A stretch of DNA of 51,914 bases. It comes from Anaerolineae bacterium (GTDB lineage: Bacteria > Chloroflexota > Anaerolineae > JAAYZQ01). The notes under the pieces were generated by a model. That model was not told the DNA's origin and made no database searches. It was given only the letters and a program-made list of their open reading frames with translations. Positions 18,217 to 25,478 of the stretch are shown piece by piece. The DNA lies in contig DAOTYI010000043.1 in NCBI GenBank assembly GCA_034434895.1, positions 1 to 51,914 on the forward strand. Reading direction: 5' to 3'. Position 1 is the stretch's first letter, and each line of letters opens with the position of its first letter. A program made the position numbers and the translations under genes.

Positions 18217-19347
18217 TCAACACAGCAGGCAGGCCACCTGGTGGCCCGGGGCAACCGGGCGCAGGGGTGGGTCAATTTCCCGGCATTCGGCAATGGCCTG
18301 GGGACAACGGGGGTGGAAGCGGCAGCCGGGTGGGATGTCAACCGGGTTGGGAATTTCACCTTGCAGGATGGTGCGTGTGTGGCGGCGGCGCGGGTTGGGG
18401 ACAGGGATGACCGAGATGAGCGCCTGGGTGTAGGGGTGGCGCGGACGGGAGAGGAGGGCCGCTGTCGGCCCCAGCTCGACGATGCGACCCAGGTACATGA
18501 CCGCCATCCGCCTGGTGAAAAAGCCGGCCGTGGCCAGGTCGTGGGTGGTGTACAGGATGGTGATCCCGCGCTGCCGGCGCAGTTCATGCAGCAGGTTGAG
18601 GATGTCGGCGCGGATGGAAACGTCCAGCATCGAGACCGGCTCATCGGCAACCAACAGGTCCGGCTCCAGGACCAACGCCCCGGCGATGACCACCCGTTGT
18701 CGCTGCCCGCCCGACAGCTCGGCCGGGTAACGTTTCCAGAAATGGCCGGCGGGGACCAGGCCACAGGTCTCCAGGGCAGCCTGGACGCGGGCTTCAGTCT
18801 CGTCACGGCTGCGGGTCAGGCGGTGGATGGTCAGCGGTTCGGCCACGATATCGAAAACGGTCTGGCGCGGGTTGAGCGCCTCGTAAGGGTCCTGGAAGAC
18901 CATCTGCGCTCGCTGGCGCAGGCGCATGACTCGCTGGCGACGGCTCAAAGCAGCCAGAGGACCTTCGACCTCCAGCGAGGGTCCATGTCCCTGCGCCCAT
19001 TCGGCCACGTCATAGCCATCGAAACAGACGCGGCCCCGGCTGGGCCGTTGCAGGCCCAGCACATTCATGCCGACTGTTGTCTTGCCCGACCCCGATTCGC
19101 CCACCAGGGCCAGGATATCGCCCCGGTCCAGGGCAAAGCTCACCCCATCCACGGCGTGCACAATGCGGCGCGGCTGACGGCGCACTATGGCTGTCACCCC
19201 TCGCGGCAGGGGGAACTCCTTATGCAGGTCCTCGACCTGGAGGAGCGGAACCCCCTCCGCCTGCGGCCAGCCACACCCCATCCCAGGCCCGCCGGGCGGC
19301 GGTCCGGGAACAGGATTCAGGGCCGGAAGCGACGATGAGCTGGTCAT
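18217..19347 (-). CDS. peptide ABC transporter ATP-binding protein (OppF/DppF-like)
   Basis: Walker A GESGSGKTT, signature LSGGQRQR, Walker B LLVADEPVSMLD and a C-terminal oligopeptide-ATPase extension. The ATG at 19347 forms an ATGA overlap with the upstream stop. Confidence 0.88.
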   Translation of the reverse strand: MTSSSSLPALNPVPGPPPGGPGMGCGWPQAEGVPLLQVEDLHKEFPLPRGVTAIVRRQPRRIVHAVDGVSFALDRGDILALVGESGSGKTTVGMNVLGLQRPSRGRVCFDGYDVAEWAQGHGPSLEVEGPLAALSRRQRVMRLRQRAQMVFQDPYEALNPRQTVFDIVAEPLTIHRLTRSRDETEARVQAALETCGLVPAGHFWKRYPAELSGGQRQRVVIAGALVLEPDLLVADEPVSMLDVSIRADILNLLHELRRQRGITILYTTHDLATAGFFTRRMAVMYLGRIVELGPTAALLSRPRHPYTQALISVIPVPNPRRRHTRTILQGEIPNPVDIPPGCRFHPRCPQAIAECREIDPPLRPVAPGHQVACLLC

Positions 19348-20312
19348 GGTTCCGCCTCGGCCTGGTAGCAGGACACCCAATGGCCGGATGCGATCTCGAT
19401 CGCCGGCGGCGGTGCAGCGGCACAGACCTGGAGGCGGCGGTGGCAACGCGGCTCGAACCGACAGCCGGGCGGCAGGGCATCCAGGCGGGGGGGATTGCCG
19501 GGAATGGAGGCCAGAGCTGTACCCGGCTCCTCCACATCGGGGAAGGCCTGCAACAGGCGTTGGGTGTAGGGATGGCGCGGGGTGTTGAAAATCGCATCGC
19601 TGCTGGCGTACTCGGCGACCACCCCGCCATACATGACCAGCACCTCATCGCAGCTTTCGGCCACAATGCCCAGGTCATGGGTCACCAGCACCAACGCCAG
19701 GCGCAGGTCGCGCTGCAAGCCTTCCAGCAACTCCAGGATTTGAGCCTGGATCATCACATCCAGTGCCGTCGTCGGTTCATCCGCAATCAGGATGCGGGGG
19801 TTGCAGGCCAGGGCCATGGCGATGACCGCTCGCTGGCGCATCCCGCCACTGTACTGGTGGGGATACTGCCGGCCCCGATGGGCAGGGATGCCGACCAGCT
19901 CCAGCAGTTCCCCGGCGCGTTGGCGGGCGGCCTGCACCGACCTGGCCAGGCCGTGCCATGTCAGCGCTTCGACGATCTGACTCTCAATGGTGCGCACCGG
20001 GTTCAGGGCATTCATCGCCCCCTGAAATACCATGGCGATCTGATGCCAGCGCACGCGGCGCATCTCGGCCTCGCTCAGGCGCAACAGGTCTCGCCCTTCG
20101 AACAGCACCTGGCCGCCGACGATGCGCCCTTCCTGGGGCAGAAGGCGCAGCAGAGCCATCATCACCGTCGTCTTGCCACAGCCGCTTTCACCCACCAGCC
20201 CCAGCGAGCGTCCCTCTGCCAGGTGAAAGCTCACTCCCTCTACAGCGTGCAGAGGCGTGCCCCTGTCTGTCAGATAATCCACCGCCAGGTCCCGAACTTC
20301 TAACAGCGCCAA
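19344..20312 (-). CDS. peptide ABC transporter ATP-binding protein (OppD/DppD-like)
   Basis: Walker A GESGCGKTT, signature YSGGMRQR, Walker B ILIADEPTTALD and a C-terminal PGCRFEPRC motif. Confidence 0.9.
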   Translation of the reverse strand: MALLEVRDLAVDYLTDRGTPLHAVEGVSFHLAEGRSLGLVGESGCGKTTVMMALLRLLPQEGRIVGGQVLFEGRDLLRLSEAEMRRVRWHQIAMVFQGAMNALNPVRTIESQIVEALTWHGLARSVQAARQRAGELLELVGIPAHRGRQYPHQYSGGMRQRAVIAMALACNPRILIADEPTTALDVMIQAQILELLEGLQRDLRLALVLVTHDLGIVAESCDEVLVMYGGVVAEYASSDAIFNTPRHPYTQRLLQAFPDVEEPGTALASIPGNPPRLDALPPGCRFEPRCHRRLQVCAAAPPPAIEIASGHWVSCYQAEAEP

Positions 20313-20329
20313 GCCCTGATCTCCAATCT

Positions 20330-21217
20330 CTACCCGCTGTTCTGGATATTGACCATCCGCCGCGCATCAAACAGGTGATGGCTGCGCAGCCGGGGATTGA
20401 CGATCTGGTCCAGGGTATTGCCGATGAGGATCAACGACAGGCTGACCCAGACAATGGCAAAGCCGGGCGGCAGCAGAAACCACCACGCCTGAGCGCTGAT
20501 CGCCCGCTCGAAGGCAAAGTTGAGCATTGTGCCCCAACTGATCAGCGTCGGATCGCCCAGGCCCAGAAAAGCCAGCGACGACTCTTCCAGGATGGCCACC
20601 GAGATGTCAAGCACGGCCTGGGCGATGACCAGGGGCAACACCTGGGGAAAGATGTGATGCCAGATAATGTGCATATGGCTGGCGCCGATGGCCCTCGCCC
20701 GGAGCACATATTGCCGCTCCCTGACCGTCAGCACCTGCGAGCGCACCAGCCGGGCGGTATAGGTCCAGCCCAGCAGGCCGATGACCAGGATGATGTTCAG
20801 CAGGCCACGGCCCATCACGGCGATGATGACCAGCATCAGCGGCAGGTCGGGGATGACCATGAGGAAATCCACGACACGCATCAGGGCATTGCCGACCCGC
20901 CCGCCGAAATAGCCGGCCACCAACCCCACCGTCGTGCCGATGATCATAGACATAAACGAGGCGGTAAAGCCGACGATCAGCGACACCCGCGCGCCGTAGA
21001 GGAGCTGGCTGAGCACATCCCGGCCGGCGTCATCGCGGCCCAGCAGGTGTTGGGCGTCGGGTGGGGCCAGAATGTCGGCCGGGGTGACCTGGAGGCGCGC
21101 CTGGGGGTCGTAAGGGGCCAGCTCCGGGGCCAGGAGGGCGACACACACCACTACCAGGAGCATTCCTGTGCCGATAACGCCCATCGGATTGCGCACAAAC
21201 TTGCTGATGGCTGCCAT
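20330..21217 (-). CDS. peptide ABC transporter permease (OppC/DppC-like)
   Basis: Six hydrophobic segments and a BPD-transporter EAA-like loop (ARAIGASHMHIIWHHIFP). Confidence 0.85.
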   Translation of the reverse strand: MAAISKFVRNPMGVIGTGMLLVVVCVALLAPELAPYDPQARLQVTPADILAPPDAQHLLGRDDAGRDVLSQLLYGARVSLIVGFTASFMSMIIGTTVGLVAGYFGGRVGNALMRVVDFLMVIPDLPLMLVIIAVMGRGLLNIILVIGLLGWTYTARLVRSQVLTVRERQYVLRARAIGASHMHIIWHHIFPQVLPLVIAQAVLDISVAILEESSLAFLGLGDPTLISWGTMLNFAFERAISAQAWWFLLPPGFAIVWVSLSLILIGNTLDQIVNPRLRSHHLFDARRMVNIQNSG

Positions 21218-21231
21218 CGTGTCCCTGGTGT

Positions 21232-22245
21232 CTATTCCGCTTTGACGCGCGGGTCGAGAAGGGTATAGAGCAGGTCGGCCAGCAGGTTGGCCAGGATGAC
21301 GCTCACGGCCAGGAGCAGAAAAGTTCCCTGCAACACCGGGTAGTCCCGCTTTTGCACCGCCTCGTACATCAATCGGCCCAGGCCCGGCCAGGAAAAGACC
21401 GTCTCCACCTGGATCGCCCCCCCGACCGTGTAGCCAAAGGTCAGGGCGATCAGGGTCACCATCGGCAGCATTGCATTCTTGAGAGCGTGGTCGCGCAGGA
21501 TGCGGAGGGTGCTCAACCCCTTCGCCCTGGCCGTGAGGATGTAATCTTCGGCCAGGACCTCCATGACGCCGCTGCGCATGATGAGGAGATATTCGCTGGT
21601 GTAGACGATGGCCATGGTGAGGGTGGGCAGGATGAGATGCCGCCCCACGTCGAGCCAGTACTTCAGCCCATCTTCAGGCTTCAGGCCCGGCGTGGCCATC
21701 CCCCCAACGGGCAAGTGGCCACGGGCCAGGATAAGCAGAATGATGCCCAGGAAGAAGGTTGGTAACGCCCAGGTAAAGAGTGCCCCCAGCAGGATGCCCG
21801 TATCCAGCCGGCTGCCGCGCCGCCAGGCCGCTACCAGCCCCAGGGCCATCCCTAGAAAGATGGCCAGCAGATCGCCGCCGGTGACCAGCACCACGGTGCG
21901 CCACACCCGTTCCTTCAGCAGGTCAGACACGTCCCGCCGGGTGGCAAACGAGATGCCCAGCTCGCCCCGCAGCAGGTTGCGCAGATAGGCGGTGAACTGG
22001 GTGTCGAAGGCGCCCACCAGATCGCCCTGCCGCAATCGCTCGCCGTTGAACCAGATCGGCTTGTCCAGGCCGAAGGCGGTCTGGATCCGCTCCTGGGCCT
22101 GGCGGGTCATGCGCGGGCTGTGGATGATCAGCCTGACCGGGTCGCCAGGCAGGATGCGAAAGAGGAAAAAGTTGAACACGACGACCGCCAGCAGGGTCAT
22201 CGCGGCGAAGGAGATCTTGCGCAGAAGGTAGTTGCCCTGTTTCAT
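21232..22245 (-). CDS. peptide ABC transporter permease (OppB/DppB-like)
   Basis: N-terminus typical of DppB/OppB (YLLRKISFAAMTLLAVVVFNFFLFRILPGDPV) and an EAA-like loop (TARAKGLSTLRILRDHALKNA). Confidence 0.87.
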   Translation of the reverse strand: MKQGNYLLRKISFAAMTLLAVVVFNFFLFRILPGDPVRLIIHSPRMTRQAQERIQTAFGLDKPIWFNGERLRQGDLVGAFDTQFTAYLRNLLRGELGISFATRRDVSDLLKERVWRTVVLVTGGDLLAIFLGMALGLVAAWRRGSRLDTGILLGALFTWALPTFFLGIILLILARGHLPVGGMATPGLKPEDGLKYWLDVGRHLILPTLTMAIVYTSEYLLIMRSGVMEVLAEDYILTARAKGLSTLRILRDHALKNAMLPMVTLIALTFGYTVGGAIQVETVFSWPGLGRLMYEAVQKRDYPVLQGTFLLLAVSVILANLLADLLYTLLDPRVKAE

Positions 22246-22261
22246 CCCTGACCTGGTGGGC

Positions 22262-23947
22262 CTATGGCACCGGTCTGGCTGTCAGCAGGGCCGACTTCCA
22301 CAGGATGTCACCCGGCTCCAGGCCAAAACCGGTGAAGCGGTCGCGGCGGTAGGCCTGCACCGTCTTGGCGTAGGTCAGGACAATGTAGGGCCGGTCGTTG
22401 AACAGCTTTTCCTGCATCTGCCAGATAAGCCGACGGCGTGCTTCCCGGTCCACAGTGACAGCCTGTTGCCGGTACATCGCCTCGAACTCTTGATCGCAAT
22501 AGCCGCTGTCGTTCCAGCCTCCCTCCTCCCGCTGGTCGCAGGTAAAGATCAACATTGCAAAATCGGGGTCGGGGTCCAGCCCCCAGCCCCAATAGATCAG
22601 GTCAAAATCATAGGCGGGGTAGAGGCCGATGAGGCTGTCTTCGTCCATCGGCTGGGGCGGGGCCGAGATGCCGATCTGGGCCAGACCGTTGGAGATGATC
22701 TCCAGGATGCGCACCGGCGTGGCTTCGTCGTTGCCATAGAGGCGGTATTCCAGCGGCCTGCCCTCCCTGTCCTCGCGGATGCCGTCGCCGTCGCTATCTT
22801 TGTAACCGGCCTCTTCCAGAATCCGGGCCCCCTCTTTTGGGTCGAAGGGGATGTCCTGCACGTCGCTGTTGTGCCAGTCGCCCATCGAGGTAGGGACGAT
22901 CACGCTGGCCGGCTCGGCGTAGCCCAGGTAGGCGACATTGACGATCTGCTGCTTGTCAATGGCGTAGGCGATGGCCAGACGCACCGCCGGGTCGTTGAGG
23001 CTGGCCGGCTGCGTGCCATTCTCATGAGAATTGAGGATCAGCTCGTCAATGGAGGTAGAGTCCATGATCGGCACTTCGATATTCTTCTCCGCCTGCAAGG
23101 TGGCGATGGCGGTGTTGGGGATGGCATCGCCAGCAGCAACATCAATCTCGCCGGCGATCAGCGCCTGAACGACCGCATCCTCGGTCGCATATTCGCGCCA
23201 GATGATGCGGTCAATGGCCGGGGCTCCTCGCCAATAATCAGGATTGGCTTCCAGGATCAGGTACTCCCCTTCGACCCAGTCGGTCAGCCGGTAGGGTCCG
23301 GTGCCGATGCCCGCTTTCAGATCTTCAAACTCCAGGATCTGGTCTGGGGTCATGCCCTCCCACACACTGCGGGGCAGGATCCAGACATACATCAGCAGGT
23401 ATTCCATATTGCCGACCGGCTCTGACAGGGTGACCTGGAGTGTGGTCGGGTCCAGGGCAACGATCTCGGCAAAATTTTTCAGGTAGAAGGCAAAAGTTTC
23501 AATCTGGTTCTCGATGGTCCAATTGAGGCTCCAGGCTATATCCTCGGCGGTGCAGGGGGTGCCGTCATGGAACCTGACGCCCGGACGGATTTTGAAGGTC
23601 CACACCAGGCCGTCGTCAGAAACCGTCCAGCTCTCGGCCAGGCCAGGGATAAAATGGGCAATGCCGGCCTCCTCCACCAGCGTATCATAGATCAGGTAGC
23701 GCAGGGTGTAGTTATACCAGCCGATGGCCGGGTTCACCGTATCCCAGATATAGGTCGTGCCCACACGCAAGGTCACAGGCTCTTTTGTCGCAGACGCAGG
23801 CTGAGGAGTCAGGGTCGGCTCCGGCCCTTGCGTTGGCTCCGGTGCCTGGGTCGGTTCGGAGGCGGGTCCACAGCCCGTCAGCCCGGCCCCCAGCAGGGCC
23901 AGGATGCTCAGAGTTGCCAGAAGATGCCACACTCTGTTTCTCACCAT
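22262..23947 (-). CDS. ABC transporter substrate-binding lipoprotein, family 5 (peptide/nickel)
   Basis: The ATG at 23947 has an AAGGAGG RBS. Lipobox LTGC, a Pro/Thr/Glu-rich linker, then an SBP_bac_5-like body (TLRVGTTYIWDTVNP...WTFKIRPGVRFHDG). The track ORF start at 24070 is an upstream extension. Confidence 0.85.
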   Translation of the reverse strand: MVRNRVWHLLATLSILALLGAGLTGCGPASEPTQAPEPTQGPEPTLTPQPASATKEPVTLRVGTTYIWDTVNPAIGWYNYTLRYLIYDTLVEEAGIAHFIPGLAESWTVSDDGLVWTFKIRPGVRFHDGTPCTAEDIAWSLNWTIENQIETFAFYLKNFAEIVALDPTTLQVTLSEPVGNMEYLLMYVWILPRSVWEGMTPDQILEFEDLKAGIGTGPYRLTDWVEGEYLILEANPDYWRGAPAIDRIIWREYATEDAVVQALIAGEIDVAAGDAIPNTAIATLQAEKNIEVPIMDSTSIDELILNSHENGTQPASLNDPAVRLAIAYAIDKQQIVNVAYLGYAEPASVIVPTSMGDWHNSDVQDIPFDPKEGARILEEAGYKDSDGDGIREDREGRPLEYRLYGNDEATPVRILEIISNGLAQIGISAPPQPMDEDSLIGLYPAYDFDLIYWGWGLDPDPDFAMLIFTCDQREEGGWNDSGYCDQEFEAMYRQQAVTVDREARRRLIWQMQEKLFNDRPYIVLTYAKTVQAYRRDRFTGFGLEPGDILWKSALLTARPVP

Positions 23948-24041
23948 CCCCTCCTTTTGTGTGAGCGCAAGGCCACCGGCCCCCGGCGGAAGCAGGGCCC
24001 CTGGCCCCTCACGATCGCCTGGGGCGCTACCGCCCACAAGC

Positions 24042-24070
24042 ATTTTAACACACAACCCCCTGCCGCGCAA
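24042..24070 (-). promoter_or_regulatory. candidate promoter of the peptide-transport operon
   Basis: On the minus strand: TTGCGC, a 17-nt spacer, then TAAAAT (forward ATTTTA at 24042-24047 and GCGCAA at 24065-24070). Confidence 0.35.
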
Positions 24071-24472
24071 ACAAGACCTGCCAGGGGTTTTCGAAGCAGA
24101 ACATGGGCGTGGGGCACCGCCATCGCTCGGCGGGGGTCTGTGACCAATGGCATCAAGCTAAGGCGCAGGCGATTGGAAATCGCACCGGTAGGGACAGAGC
24201 GCCGCTCCGCCCCTGGCCCTCAACTTTGGCTTTTTGCCCGTGGCCCCTTGCATGGGCCCCTGACGGCTTCCACGGCCCCAAAAAGAAGATTATTTTTAAA
24301 ATTTTCTTTTTGTTCTTTTGGACTCGCCGGAGGCGGGTTTTGGAGATTTTCCCGCCCCACTCTGAAAAAGGCCAAACTCCAGGGAGGCGTCCACCGGCGT
24401 GGACGCCTGGCCGCAGGCCCCTGAGGGGTGACTTGAGTCGCTTACCTTGATGCGTATGGGGTTGGGGGATAA

Positions 24473-24630
24473 GGTGAGGTCGAATCGAACGTTGTCGAGA
24501 TAGCCACTGAGGTCATTGCGGCTATCAAAGCCTTTCGCCGTGGTCGTTCCCTCGGCTTTCCCCTCAAGGATTTGATTGACGAAGGACGACCATGAGCGCG
24601 CTGTTCGTGCTGGATGCCTCTATTCTCACC
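24473..24630 (+). pseudogene. possible relic of a type II toxin-antitoxin pair (antitoxin C-terminus plus 13-codon PIN/VapC-like N-terminus)
   Basis: An open frame ends ...AAIKAFRRGRSLGFPLKDLIDEGRP-TGA, overlapping by ATGA an ATG (24592) that encodes MSALFVLDASILT. That frame then runs straight into the CGCAGAGA repeat and the palindromic element. There is no start codon for the upstream frame. The evidence is thin. Confidence 0.2.
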
Positions 24631-24651
24631 GCAGAGACGCAGAGAACGCCG
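24629..24651. repeat. CGCAGAGACGCAGAGAACGCCG short repeat (copy 3)
   Basis: Identical core to 10875-10890 and 14604-14625. Confidence 0.6.
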
Positions 24652-24661
24652 AGGAATTATA

Positions 24662-24689
24662 GTAGGGCAACTGCTCGCAGTTGCCCTAC
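24662..24689. repeat. palindromic GC-rich element (REP-like), copy 2, perfect 13-bp arms
   Basis: GTAGGGCAACTGC-TC-GCAGTTGCCCTAC. It again provides the TAG stop (24686-24688) of the minus-strand gene. Confidence 0.8.
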
Positions 24690-25174
24690 TGTAAAGGAGG
24701 CGGTAAAAGGCTCCCCCTGCCTTCCAACAACGCCACCAGTCTGACCACCGCATCTTCAACCTTTCCCATCTCTGGCCCCCCGATCGCCCCCTCTTCCCTT
24801 TCTTCGGCAGACCCCTGGCACACCCCGGCGCTGCGCAGAACTGCGTCGGCCGCCCCCAGGGCCAACAGGTAGCCCCCTTCCCCTGCCACCTGGCGCAGCA
24901 GGGTGTAGACCCGTGGCTCGGCGCTGAGCTGGCGGGCCGCCTGCACTCCGCCCGGCAACACCACCGCCCGCGGCCGCTCCCCCTCCATTTCGCTGAGGGT
25001 CGCGTCCGGCGTCACCAACAGGCCATACGCCCCCCGGATCGGCCCGGCCATCAGGCCAACCACGATCACCGGCAGGCCTGCCCGCCGCAACAGGCAGGTC
25101 ACCACCGCCAGGTCGGTCTCCTCAAAGCCGGGAGCCAACAGCACAAACACCTGACCTTTCCTCGCCCTGTGCAT
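24686..25174 (-). CDS. DJ-1/PfpI-fold protein lacking the nucleophile cysteine
   Basis: VFVLLAPGFEETDLAVVTCLLRRAG...AVVLPGG... is the DJ-1/PfpI pattern. The nucleophile-elbow position (AICAGP in DJ-1) reads ALGAAD. A GAGG RBS lies 8 nt before the ATG. Confidence 0.6.
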   Translation of the reverse strand: MHRARKGQVFVLLAPGFEETDLAVVTCLLRRAGLPVIVVGLMAGPIRGAYGLLVTPDATLSEMEGERPRAVVLPGGVQAARQLSAEPRVYTLLRQVAGEGGYLLALGAADAVLRSAGVCQGSAEEREEGAIGGPEMGKVEDAVVRLVALLEGRGSLLPPPLQ

Positions 25175-25326
25175 CCCCCAACCTCAGCACACAAAAAATG
25201 ACCCTGTCTCCCCTGAATGCCTGCGGTCCAAAAGGGGAGACAGGGCCGGGGGGAAAGGGTGCTCCGCCCGTTGGACCTTTCAGGTCTCAGAGCACAAAGG
25301 AGTCCACCGCCTCTTTCAGTATACCA
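25175..25326 (-). promoter_or_regulatory. candidate structured 5' leader (riboswitch/attenuator-like) with extended -10 promoter
   Basis: Minus-strand TGGTATACT (forward 25318-25326). The leader contains the GACC-TGAAA-GGTC hairpin and GTGCTC...GAGCAC pairing. GGTCCAA is complementary to TTGGACC in the terminator loop. Confidence 0.35.
25191..25245 (-). terminator. intrinsic terminator-like hairpin ~20 nt upstream of the DJ-1-like start codon
   Basis: On the minus strand: CCCTGTCTCCCCT (reverse complement of 25233-25245), an 18-nt loop, AGGGGAGACAGGG (reverse complement of 25202-25214), then TCATTTTTTGTGTG. Confidence 0.55.
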
Positions 25327-25392
25327 CCAAATCATCTGCCTGCATCTGCCACTTTCCGCCAAACCCCGCCGATTTCCGCCGCAGTGAATGGA

Positions 25393-25414
25393 GGGCAACT
25401 GCTCGCAGTTGCCC
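25393..25414. repeat. palindromic GC-rich element (REP-like), copy 3
   Basis: GGGCAACTGC-TC-GCAGTTGCCC. Confidence 0.75.
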
Positions 25415-25430
25415 GACGGCCAGGAGGGGC

Positions 25431-25459
25431 TTGACAGCCCTCCCAAGATGCCATATAAT
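25431..25459 (+). promoter_or_regulatory. perfect-consensus sigma-70 promoter of the STAND gene
   Basis: TTGACA (25431-25436), a 17-nt spacer, then TATAAT (25454-25459). Confidence 0.7.
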
Positions 25460-25478
25460 GGCGACGGATGGATGACCG

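Noticed and set aside
14745-18433. 591-aa and 585-aa plus-strand ORFs (14745-16520 and 16676-18433)
   Set aside because: They are antisense to the S9 peptidase and D-aminoacylase genes, which carry clear catalytic motifs. Their composition is low-complexity (G/R/P/A/Q), and they have no RBS or motif support.
24103-24450. 115-aa plus-strand ORF in the long intergenic region
   Set aside because: It has no RBS and crosses the AT-rich island, giving KKKIIFKIFFLFFW. The rest is Arg/Pro/Gly-rich junk with no motif.
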